A stretch of DNA of 63,994 nucleotides, the filler included, from Dirinaria sp. TL-2023a (Eukaryota): the NCBI GenBank assembly GCA_051941275.1. It is 5 parts of 5 records of this genome, joined end to end, with 100 filler letters (N's around TTAATTAATTAA, not from the genome) between each part and the next. Parts side by side here need not be neighbours in the genome. Positions count along the whole stretch, not along the records: positions 25,815 to 38,611 come from JAVEBF010000740.1; positions 38,712 to 51,490 come from JAVEBF010000741.1; 3 more parts are not named here. One strand, given 5' to 3'. The notes beneath the pieces were generated by a model. That model saw nothing but the letters and a program-made list of their open reading frames with translations. It ran no database searches and had not been told where the DNA came from. This document shows positions 27,154 through 38,788 of this stretch, in pieces. Every line of letters starts with the position of its first letter. Positions within the stretch are counted from its first letter, which is position 1. The translations under genes and the position numbers were made by a program.

Positions 27154-28498
27154 TCACGTTGTCTCCTCTCCTGACGAGTGAACTTCCATTCCCGGTTCTA
27201 TACAATTAACCTCCGCATAGGATATCTCGCCAGCAGCGCCACCATTCGCCTCCATTTCAGTCATGCTATTGATGGTCTTGTCAAGTCTGCTGCCATCAAG
27301 TCCTACGGGCTGGACGTTTTCCGCAACGTTCTCTGTGATAGATTCGAGATCGCCATCGGCCGACGTTCCTTGGTCTTTGCCTTCCGCGAACATCATGTCC
27401 GCTTGAGTGATGTCTGTAAAAGACGCCTCAATTAACCAGCTGAGCTTAGTTGTATGTTCATGATCCCTCGCTTTCATCTCGGCTTTTGCTTCTTTCTCTC
27501 TTCGATCTAATGCCGCTCTTTGCTCCCGAATGTCGCATAGTTCTTGGTCTAGCTGATTTTCCAATTGATTTTTGTATAACTCTATGACTGCTACCCGTTC
27601 TTGGAAATCTTTGAGTATGTGCTCGATCTTGAACCTTGTTCGCGTATCGCGCAGGGCATTGGCAAGGTTCAATGCACTCTTGAGCATCTTCTCAATACCT
27701 TTAGCACTCGTCGGTACACGGTGGACTGCGGCGTGCCGTAAAATGTGCGTCGCTTTAAGTATCTCTCTTAAGGATCCTGAAGAATCTAGAGTTGTTGCAT
27801 CGCTACTGAGCTTACCAAACCGCTTAGGCAGAATTTTGGACCACTTTAAAAGCTCCACAGCTTCGGGACATGTCCAATTTTGTTCCTCTAATAGCGCGGG
27901 CACCCATTTCTTGGCCCAAGAATAACAACTTTGCTCGAGAAGGGCTTGGACTTTGTTCAAGAGCTTGTGCTGCACTTCGTATACGAGATAAGCTGGATAC
28001 AGTGACGGTACGTCTCCAAACTGATGAGCAGAAGTGTCTGCTACAGCTTTGTCATCTTTCATACTATGATTAGTAGACACTTCGCTGATCAGTGTAAGGG
28101 CACCAACTTGGTTCAGAGCGGGCTTCGACATCAATATCATCCTCCTCACCATTCTCGTTGGCTAAAGAAATTCTGTCGAATGCTTCCGCTTCTGACTGGG
28201 CCGCATGCTGCTCGGACGCATCGTGCTGCAGACTCCTCACAGCAGATACTTGAAACAGTTCTGGGAAAGCCAGCTTAGCCTTCAGCTCTGAATCAAAGAT
28301 TCCATTATCAAGCAAGCTTAGAAGGACCCCGATGACACTTTCCTTTCCGAAGCTCTCGTTGAGTTTTTGGAAGATGGCCCCATGCTGTGCAACAACAGCT
28401 GCGATGGCTTTCCTGTCACGAATTTGAGCGCTGGAGCCGACAAACACTCTACGTGCCGTGAGAAAAATGCTCCGACGCCGTTCTGCCTTTGAAACCAT
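27154..28498 (-). CDS. Uncharacterised protein with HEPN-like RHxxxH motif and C-terminal coiled coil (two ORF segments; junction uncertain)
   Basis: Overlapping ORFs 28070-28498 and 27154-28152 with a branch-like CTAAT...TAG near 28062-28073; helical domain containing LRHAAVHR; heptad-rich YKNQLENQLDQELCDIREQRAALDRREKEAKAEM. Confidence 0.7.
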
Positions 28499-29383
28499 TT
28501 TCGTTAGTGCTAGGATCTTGAGCTAAGTATCGGTATTGCCATCTTCTCTGATCTAAACCTGTTGGCTTCTGGGCCCCTCACTAAGCCCTGGCACGGCTGC
28601 AGCTGTCCATTTTTGGCTCCAGCCGGGCGGCAAACTTCCGCTCCAGCTTCAACACATCGATTTGTAGACAGTAAGACCATTCATCAGCAGATCTGTGTTG
28701 AAAAGACGAAAATCCATTCATAGAAATTCGAAGCGCTCTCCGTTCCTAAGCAAAGCAGCTGCAAAATCGAAGTGGCATAGGCCTAAGAGACCCTCAACAG
28801 TTCTCATAGCTCAAAATTCCACGCTGCATAGGATGCTGGGAGGATTTTCTCATCATGCTGCAGAACATTGAGAATGGCATGTTGACTGAAAAGAGCCTAG
28901 CATCCCGCAAGTTGGAGTATCACAGCACCATTGTAACCTAGCGAGGTCGAATATACCAAGACGCGGACTGATCCGAATGAAGATTTGCAATTCTCTTGCA
29001 TATCATGAGGTTCTCATCGATAGCGCTCAATACCTTAGATTTGCTTAGCTTTTCTACGCCTCTACATTGTCACCGCTTTTGGGAATTGTCAAACCAAGAT
29101 GCTGATTAGCACACAGTGTCGCAGGAGAAATATGATAATACGGCTTAATTCAGTACTCGAAAACCAGGTGGTTAAATCTAGGTGAGAAAGTAGATATAAC
29201 CATTCTCTTCAAGAATTGAAATACCCTTTGATACCGCATACTATCACTTAGAGTTGGAACCTTGACCAATGTTTTTATGATAAGAAGTTTTTCAATTCCT
29301 TGAGTGCCTGTATATTGCACTAAATCTAATCTACCATCTAATACAACAAAATAAGGAGAGGTAAGGAGATACAATCATTTCCC

Positions 29384-30671
29384 TCAAACGCCATTGGAAA
29401 CGTCATCCGCACCTGTGACTGGCTCGCTCGCAGCGAGATTGCACTGGCGGAACAAGCGAACCTCATTCTCGGCAAAAGCACCGACAACGCTGTGCGTAAC
29501 ACCTCGGTTATTGAACAGAACCAGATCGCCCTCCTCCCAATCATGGGCGTAAACCAGTCTCGGCGCAATGCCCGGTCGCTGAAGCCTGTGCACGATTTCC
29601 CTGACTTCCTTCAAATCGTCGATCACGGTCCCGTCTTTGAGGTGGATCTTGCGGATGGCGGAGGGATGGACCTGCAGCGCCAATCGGCCCGTGACCGGAT
29701 TCTTCCACGTCATGGGCAGGATCTGGATCTTCTGCTCCTCGATTGGCGGGAGCTCGGAGTCGGCGAGCTCCATATTCTCCGAGACCAGACCCAAGCCGTC
29801 CGAGCGCGATTTGGCCGAGCTCATCCAAACATACGGGTGCGGCGAGTATTCGATGCGGCTGTTCCGAACGAATTTCTTGTCGGCGTCGGAGAGGATATCG
29901 TACATTTTGTAGCCGCTCACAAAGGCTGTAGTACCGAGGGGGACTTGCAGCTCATCACCGGTCCCGTCATCGTACCGAAGGGTCTGGGTACGGCCCTTGG
30001 GAACCGAGACTGCCAAAAGAGAGGTGACTTTTGGCGGATTGAGACCGTAAAGCGCGGCGTCGATGTGCCAGCGGTAGAAGCGGGTGTGGGTTAGATCGTC
30101 GGCATCGGGGATGGCGTGCTTGTGAAACGTTCGGTGATGGGGATGCTTGAGTTTGAAGTTTTCGAGGCCTTCATAGGACGGGATGAAGCCGTTGCCGATG
30201 ATCTGGACTTCGGGCTGGTGGGGCACGGTCTTGAGGTCTGGATGGAGAATGCTCTTTTTGCCGTCGATGGTTTTGCCGTGGCCGTATCCTTGGGCCTGAG
30301 GGTCGAAGCGGTGGGTCAATTCCGCCTGGGCTTTGGGAGAGCAGTTGCCTTGGTTCTTAAGGATAACGACCTGATGCTTATAGAGCGCATCGTGGATAAT
30401 CGAGAAATCATCGTCTGAAAAAATGTTAGTACTGCGCGCAAGAGTGTTAGACCATTTGTAACTTACTGAGGAGGTTACCGATCCACGGAGTGCTCCCATG
30501 TGAAAAAGGATATCGTCACTTGATAATGTCTGAATAGGAGATCTACTTACCACTGAGGTTCTCTACGTTGATATTGCCAATGATGGCACCGAAATCTACG
30601 TCAGAAGAGGGGACCGCAATGGTCTTCACGGTTGCAGGGGTGGAAGTCATGGTCGTGGTGGTTGCAGACAT
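29384..30671 (-). CDS. xanA: Alpha-ketoglutarate/Fe(II)-dependent xanthine dioxygenase (TauD family)
   Basis: Exon 1 MSATT...DVDFGAIIGNINVENLS, intron 30415-30550; YGHGKT, SILHPDLKT, KHPHHRTFH, RFYRWHIDAALY (HxD), HDWEEGDLVLFNNRGVTHSVVG, RLFRQCNLA resemble Aspergillus XanA. Confidence 0.93.
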
Positions 30672-30729
30672 GATCAGAAATGGTATATCAATTGGATTTT
30701 GTGTTTTTCGAAAATGCAAAAGTTGTTTT

Positions 30730-30890
30730 GTAGATAGATATCTTTCTCTAAAGCTGAGTGATAATTTGGATGTTATTGATGAATCTGAAAGAAAATCTAT
30801 GTTGATGGAGGGAGTTCCCTTCTTTTATCTTCGCAGGTTGGAGTGGCCTCACTCGGAGCTCGCCGGGCGACTTTGGAACGGCCGCCGCCG
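30730..30890. promoter_or_regulatory. Putative UaY/Ppr1-type CGG-N6-CCG sites plus GATA (AreA-type) sites upstream of xanA
   Basis: TCGG-AGCTCG-CCGG at 30853-30866 and CGG-CCGCCG-CCG at 30879-30890; HGATAR sites near 30734, 30759 and 30825. Confidence 0.55.
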
Positions 30891-31069
30891 CCGCCCGGAA
30901 TGGACACTTCCAGATGCTCGCACGCCAACCATATGGATGATATGATCGACAATGCAGGGACAACTGAGTTCCGCGGAACAAGAATGAACGCCAACCCGTC
31001 ACTACTGAAGCATCCGGTGTCACTACGAAATGCAAGTCTAGCTCTGCGGGAGGTCTTTCTTTATCGGTA

Positions 31070-31286
31070 TCGCTCTACGGAGGACGACACTATAAGTCCT
31101 GGCTAGCGTCATCTACGCCAAGACCAGTCGTCCAGGTGACTACAGGTAGTCATTGGAGAGCCTAGGTAACAAATTGGAAGGCTCGGGTGATAATATTAGG
31201 TTGCCCCCCAGGCGACTTTCAGTTGACCCCACCTGTAGCATTGACCGCGCTAGCCAGGACTTATGGTGTCGACCTCCGTAGAACGA
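31070..31286. mobile_element. 217-bp foldback / MITE-like element with 39-bp terminal inverted repeats
   Basis: 31070-31108 versus the reverse complement of 31248-31286 matches at 36/39; a weaker inner stem (CTACAGGT/ACCTGTAG) continues inward; related copy at 764-872. Confidence 0.6.
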
Positions 31287-33416
31287 AGAGCTTCGAAGTG
31301 AAGCATGAATAGGCCTTACGAGGGAATGAAGCAACGATGCCAGATAGTCGAGGACCAGAGTTGAGTTGAGCTGTAGATAAGAAGGATCTACGAACGGAAG
31401 TGTTGAGGAAGGAGGCTCGGTTCGATTTTGGAGTACGGGCCAGCGCGATTCCTACCACTAGTGCGACCAGCTGATCATCGCCCGGGGCGACTACCCAAGG
31501 TTATCGAGCCATCGAGCCAGGTCGCTACCTAAGATCCACCTATGCTCCCCGATACGCACCTGCGATCACCTGGGTGGCCTCTGTGGCCCAGGCACTCTGG
31601 GAGTCTGGCTATCAATCGGGTAATATTCGGGAATACCTTCAAAAGGCTTGGCGTGGAGTTTATTGGAGCGCCTTCTCGGTTTTACGGTGGTATTACTCTA
31701 TCTATCCTCTGATTCAACAGGAACTTCCCTTGATATTTCAACTCAAGATAACCCATGATCATTGGGTGCTCATGGAGTCCCACAGTATTGATTGGCTATT
31801 CGAATCCGGACTGAATCACTGATGGTCCTACCTAAAGGGCAGTATGTCCTACGGAGCACGGAGTACTTCGGTACTCGTGCTACTTACGAGTAGTACGCGC
31901 ATCGTGGCACAATCGCGAAACCAACCCATACAAGAGTGTTAGCGCAACAGGCTCTCAAGAGTTTGCTCGTAGCAATGGGACTCAATAGACACTGGAGGCG
32001 TTGGTAAATGTCACTTCTGCGATCGGATGAATAATTGTCTCAGCAGATGCGACATTGGTTGTGCACGTTCTCGTATACTATGTTCTCGTTTTGATTTCTT
32101 TGATTCTTCCAAACCTCACGTCTTTTCTTACACTGGTCTTGTGTACTAGCTTATATCTACGAATGATTACTACTACTACAGGATCTGCCTGGCAGCGTGT
32201 ATCTTCAAGTGTGATGGCTTGACAGCCGTATAAAGTCTTAAGGTGAAGATTAGTTAGTATCTTCGATGGACGATCTTTCAACTGCATTGGCTCCATTCTG
32301 GCTATGTACAGCTTGGAGGCTCGGAACTCGGCGACTACCGCTAATGAGATGACACCGATCTTGATATCTGACTATCCACAGACTTATCAACTGTGTTTCC
32401 AGGACCAATGCCGAAAGCATATCAGGGGACACAGAGAGACAGAAGAAAAACAAACAAAAACCCCTCGACAAATTGTCGACGACTGTGGTTTCCTCAAGAA
32501 CTTTGTAAAATATATTGTCTTTATTTAGAGAACGGTCCTTTACAGAAATCTGAGTCAGCATATGACACTCCAAGGAATCCAGGAGTCTCCCGAGTCAGAA
32601 ATTACTCCATAATGGGTGATGACGGTCCCGCTACTAGGGTTATCGTTGATTAAGGAGAATTTTCCAATTCAACAATAACGATAGTTGACATCGCATAGGC
32701 AAGTATTAGCTGATGGATTGATTTGCACATCATCATTCGCTTCAGTAAATGATTCAAAGTACTTACTGGGGTGATGGACGACAGATGTTCGTCACCGTCT
32801 CTTTCGTATCAAGGATCTGAAAGGAAATAGTATTCCCTCGTGTGTAAGAGGGCGCTGCTCACCCCAAAAATGATCCGACATGGCCAGCTGCACATCATTC
32901 ATGGAAGACTCATCTCATCTTCAGAAATTGCTATGAACCTCGATTCAATTAGCAACTATATCTCTCTGATGCGATGACCACTACTTGCCTCATTGGACTC
33001 TTTGGGGCGTCCTGTTCGCCATTTGTTACTCCGACCTCCCTTTGCTTTGCCATATAGAAAGATGCATAATTATGCGAAACGATAAGCTCGCTACAAGGTT
33101 TGCTAAAACTGGGGATCAAGGAGGTTTTTTAGCCTGTGGTTGAAATATAGCTAGTGGTATTACAAGACTTGGTCTGACTGCATGCGCTAGCACTGAACAA
33201 GGCGACAGACCAGCGACGGGATCATGCAGCGCGAGAACGTAACTTGCCGATGGTGTTCCACAAGAGGCACAATGCAATCGGATCACACTCCTCGGGCTGC
33301 AGGGTACCCCGCATATTAAAGGCCTGGTTCTTTCCTTCATATTTGAATATGCTGACTTCGTATGGCTTCAAGTGCGGCGAAATCGCATTACTCCTCTCAA
33401 TTCTTAGAGCCAAAAT

Positions 33417-35219
33417 ATGCAGCGCTCGGCAGGCTCGTTCGAAAACACTGGAGGGAATGAGCCGTCCCTCAGAGTTGAGCTGCCGGAACGGAGCTCAGCT
33501 CACGTACCCCATGAGAAAAGCTCAGTCTCTTCTCCGAACAAACGGATTTCCTCTCCGGGATTAGAGTCGATCAAAGATCCTGTTGACAAGGACTACGGAA
33601 GTCCAGGCTCTTCCCCGCATAATCGAGTTTCGTCTCCAGGTCTTGAGTCGATCAAAGACTCCTTGAACAAGGAGTATGGAAGCGCACTCTCTGCGCACGA
33701 TGAACTTACATCGCCAGGGCTGGAGTCAGTCAAGGATATCGTCGATAAGGACGGTAACGACCTCAATGTCGAACCTATTGAGAAGGAATTCCAGCCGCCT
33801 TTTCATACAGATCCAGAGGTACACGATCCACCTATGCAAACTCCACGCAAGCGGAGAAAATCGCTATTGCTGTTAGCAGCGCTTGCGCTTTTTATATGCA
33901 TCGCGGTAGGTTTAGGAGTGGGCCTGGGCGTAGGTTTGACTCGAAACCGAGGGCAAGTATCTTCTGAAAGACGACGCCTCAGGGCATCGATAGCTAACGA
34001 AAATCCGATCAAGGAATAGAGATAAGAACTCTGCTTCTACCCGTGTACCAATCTCGCGCACAGGCGCTTTCAATGGATCGGGCCTAGCACTTGCCTCGGA
34101 GTCATTCGCCTCTGGAGGTTACGGAAACATTGTAATGTATTTCCAGCATCACACCGGGCAAATTCGATCGACGCAACTTGGTAGTGATGGTCAATGGAGG
34201 GGAGGTGATGCGACTAGCATAGTTGCTACAGACGCAAAGAACGCAACTCCCATAGCTGCCGTTGCTTATGCTAGGAACAAGAAAGCTTTTGTAGGCATAC
34301 AACGACGACCTCTCTCAATTTATATTGGGCTGATGTATTTTAGTGGCATATTTTTTACGTGAACATCAATAACACCATCACCGAGGTAATCAACAGCAAT
34401 ACCACCAACGTCTGGAGTCCAGGGCCGATTAATGATCTCCACTTGCAAGCCATGGATGATCCAGAGGTTGGACTCCAAGCTTGCTGGTACGGGGGCTTCT
34501 ATTCAGACGTCGCTTACAAGCATAGCCCTGTCCCAGGGCAGCAGAACACCACAGGCGATGCGTCTGACCAAACAGTTGGTATTCATCTGTGGTACGCCAG
34601 AGATCCTACGACTTTTCAATCCATGAGCTGGACATATGGGGACACTGCTTGGACGCAGCAGCAGACGTTCAATGGTTACAACGGCCATGCTGGAGTTGGC
34701 TGCTATTCTTGGGGACCAGGTAGCAATACCTACGTATTCTTTACCAACCTAGACAGCCAGATCAATATTCTATGGAAGGATCTGAACACAAGTCTCGCTA
34801 GTACGCCTTCGCATCCAATCAACCAGTGGACCAAAGGTAAGTTGCTAATTTCCCTGTAGTCGAAAGCTCTCGTACAGCTAAAATGAGCGATAGCAAATGT
34901 GACAATCCCTGTTTATGGAAACAGCTCAGTCGGTTTCACGAATTATCTATATGTGCAACACCCTGACCTGAGCATCGGTGGTTACAATTTGACGTGGGCT
35001 GCTGAGAACACCACCATTGAAACCAGTCAAGATTTTATCATCAACGGCGCCAAAGGTCTCCCTGGTACGCATCTGTCGGTGACCGCGCTTCCGAACCCCT
35101 CAGGGGGTAACTCGCTCCTAGTTTTCTATCAGACAAATGGCACGGACATCAGTGAATTCGTTCGTGATCTAGATGTGGGACAGTGGACTTCTTCGCAGGT
35201 ACCCATTCCTAACAGCTGA
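33417..35219 (+). CDS. Type II membrane protein with extracellular fungal fucose-lectin-like beta-propeller (4 exons)
   Basis: Basic KRRK then TM LLLLAALALFICIAVGLGVGLGVGL; blade-like repeats (GSGLALA..MYFQHHTGQIR, TPIAAVAY..WHIFYV, GTHLSV..LLVFYQTNGTDISE); introns at about 33953-34013/34019, 34291-34343 and 34837-34893 keep the frame. Confidence 0.75.
33541..33755 (+). repeat. Three coding 81-nt (27-aa) repeats SPGLES(I/V)KD
   Basis: RISSPGLESIKDPVDKDYGS / RVSSPGLESIKDSLNKEYGS / ELTSPGLESVKDIVDKDG. Confidence 0.9.
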
Positions 35220-38200
35220 CTTTTATCTTGAGTCACTCATCATCATCTCAATCATTTCATCTGTATAGTATAACGTGGTCACGAGATCACGAGGTAATGA
35301 GATAGCGCTTTGTGTTTCCAAGATCTTCCCTATGCTCAGCTAGCTGGTATCTTCTGGCTGTCATGTCTTACAGCCTAAGCGCCTGATCTACTTTAGTATC
35401 GGATGAAGCTCGAAAAAGTACCAGCAAGAAGACCAAAAATGAGGAAGTATAGCCAATATGTGTCCATCTTGGTTCGAAGCTACCTATAAAATTTTCAGCA
35501 TCGGCGAGATAAATGAAACCCGAAGATCAGATCAGTTAGAATATTTAACTCCAAGGTAGCCGCAACAGCGTCCAGAGATTGCTGTTTGAAACGTTTGTGA
35601 AAGCATTAAATTTATGAAGAGAGGAATGAAAATAAAAAGAGCAATTTTTCACTATTTTACTTCTTGCTGATTCATCGTATTCATCTTAGTGCATGCATCC
35701 TTCTCGCATTGATGAAGCATTTCAAAATGCTGGAGCATCTTCATTTTTCATTTTTCATTTTTTTTAGAGGACGATTGAGTGTAGAATGATTACCTTGTAC
35801 CCTTAGGAGATGCAATAACTGTTTAATTGACCATTACTTTGGTTATTTCCCGGGCAAAGCGAGCATAATGAAGGAGCTTCTACCACGGATGTTGTCCTCA
35901 AGGACCCAGCCATTGTGCTTTTTTCGCACGTAATTCCCAGCGAAGGTTAAGTATTATTACAGCATGAATAGATCAAAGTTGCTCATGTTCGAAGCTATCG
36001 GTTTTGACTATATCTGACGTGGTGAGTACTTGATGACGAGGTCCAAGGACTGCGAACACAATGAATTGATAGGTAAGTGGCCGTCGATTCTCTAAGGTTC
36101 TTTGAGCAATAATAAGCGGTATGAAACTTATGTCAAAGCCGCTGTTTCCCTCTTCTCTATTGACATTACCGGTACTGCACCTGCATGCAAAGTGCTTTCA
36201 AAGTCTATTCTACATTTATTAGCAACCCCCTATTCAAAGCTTATCAGCATCGAACGTATCCTCTTAATCCATTCTTGTTAGTAAGTGAAAGCTTTTTTCG
36301 CAAAGCTCGATGTATAAGCACAACCTTCTAAGCCATATGTTCACGCAAAAGTTCTTTTCGCTAACCGCACTACGAGATTTCGAATCCCGATCGGGGATCA
36401 TGGACAAACACGCGATCGCAGAAAAGTACACCCGCAACTTCAACGCCAAAAATGAATTAACCGGATCGCGCGCGAGAGAGAGACAAGATACAATCAAGGT
36501 CTCTCTCCCTTGGAAGGAAGAGCCACCGCTGTCCGACATCAAGAGAAAATAGGCTAAAGAACTTGCTCGCTTGATGGGAGGAATAAACTCGGATCTAAGA
36601 AGAAAAAGAAGCAAGAATCATCAAGGAGGACGATGATATTGAGACAGTAAAACGGTGAAGATAGGAGAGTCTTTGCGAATTGGGTGACCAAGGCTGGTGA
36701 AGTTAAATGATAGGAAGAGCACCTCTGCGGGTTAAAGATGAGGAAGTACGCGGACGGAAATGAAAGGTTGGGGAAATGTGATCATAGGGATGCAAGAAGC
36801 GTAGGAACTGACATGAATTCTTCTTCGAAACAGGTCGTGGTCATTATTGTTAGCCTTCTGAATAGCCTAGCTTCATGAACCCGTTGAATGACGAAAGCGA
36901 TCTAAGAACCCCTTAGCCCGTACTACTCGAACCTCAAACTTCCCTCTCCCTTGTCTCAAGCTTTCAGACTTTATAGCTATCCCATCGTTAAAGACCAATC
37001 CCAATAAGCATTACAAAAGCGGAAAAGCATTCATCAAGCGCATATATTCACACCCTCGCCACCAACATCATCAGTATATTCTCCTCAGGAGCCGGAACCA
37101 TGCCTCGAGACATGTCGTAGACAAATGATACACGTGAGTGTGGAGGATTGCATGAATTTTGAAAAATAAAAAAACAAGTTGCTATTCAAAAGTGATGAAT
37201 TTCCCATGATTGATCGATAAGTAGTCGCTCGGGTTTAGCTATTTGTTTGTTTTGATTGAGAGATGTGGATGACGAAATGGGATTAGCGATTGCTAGAGAG
37301 ATTGTGACATTCTCAAATGATTTATTTCCCAAAAATAATCATTTTACCTAATAAAGACCCTACAAGTAACGCCCAATCCTCAAAACGAGTAAACTTTTCG
37401 TATTATCAGGCCGCTTACACATTCCCGCATCACTCCTGGATCCGAAAGGTTTGGCTTCTGATGATGTTGTTGTTCTTCATTGCAGAAAAAAATTGCTTCT
37501 AGTTAGTTGCTTCTAGATATTTTATACTAGGCAGAAGGGCGTTGATGATCAAAGCCTCCACAGCTCTCTTACATGAATACATGACGTCGAAGCTTGCACT
37601 TTTTTCCCCCCTTCTTTTAATCTCAAATGCGGCCTCTGAACCAAAAATTTATTGTCAATATCATCACAAGCGAGATAAGCGGTCTTCAATTTGACTCAAA
37701 TAAGCAATTCTCGAAATACGTCCTTAAAACTTTCCCCTGTGGCTGCCGACAACTTTCCCATTCCTGTATGAGACCCAATATAGCGAGGTAATTCAGTGTG
37801 TCTTGAAGGATGTCGATATTGCTGTGTTGAGGACTAAAGAGTGTGTTATGTTGAATAGAGTTTTTATCTTGGATGGCGTTAATTGGAATCTTCAGGTACT
37901 AATGCTGCTTGATGCTTCCCATTTCCGTCGCCTGAAGAATTGGATATAATTTGTCGGGGTGGGAGATTCCTTTTTTTCTAAAGAAAAATAGTAAAACCCC
38001 TATCGAGCTTCGCACCGTTCGTCATCAACGACAAATATAAACTGCCCACCGCCAGTTTCGGCTGCTTCACCCTCATGAACACGGCTTAAATCCCAAGAAT
38101 TTGTTATTCCGCCGATTCAATTCAAGAGCAGCAGACAGAATTCACGGCGGAGATATCTTTGAATTTAGAAGTTCGCTATATCTCATACAACGTCAATCCT

Positions 38201-38611
38201 TCTGAAATTGAAGACCTTGGCCGAATGGTCCTTAGGAATAGCTCCGTAGCTTACACCAACTCTCTCTCGAAAAACTTCCCCCAGGTTCTCAAATTAAAAT
38301 CTGTATTGAGCTGGTTGTGGCCATTAAAAGAACCCATGAATACATCTCTCCTGGGTCTAGAGATATCAACTCAAACTCTACCTCCTCAGCCCCTCCCACC
38401 AAACCCTATTCAATCCCAGCACTATTCCACCTCCATTCCCCTTAGCTAGTCCCAACTCCCATTCCATTACAACCCGCAGCGCCAAAAAAACAAGAGTACC
38501 TACCATACAAAATTGCCGCGAGCGACCCAATATCGGAAACGCCTCTGCGACGCAGGTCTTCGTGGGGAATGAAGTGTTTGTAGGTAGGAATATGGGTTCT
38601 TGGCTCTCTCG

Positions 38612-38711
38612 NNNNNNNNNNNNNNNNNNNNNNNNNNNNNNNNNNNNNNNNNNNNTTAATTAATTAANNNNNNNNNNNNNNNNNNNNNNNNNNNNNNNNN
38701 NNNNNNNNNNN
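38612..38711. other. Artificial contig linker
   Basis: N44-TTAATTAATTAA-N44. Confidence 0.98.
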
Positions 38712-38788
38712 TTCCCCCACCCTAATCCGTACTTTTCAATTGTCAATGATATCGCCGCGCCCCTTTTTCGCTGATTGCACACGCGCAG

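Noticed and set aside
29492..30418. Plus-strand ORFs overlapping xanA
   Set aside because: Antisense shadows caused by high-GC codon usage.
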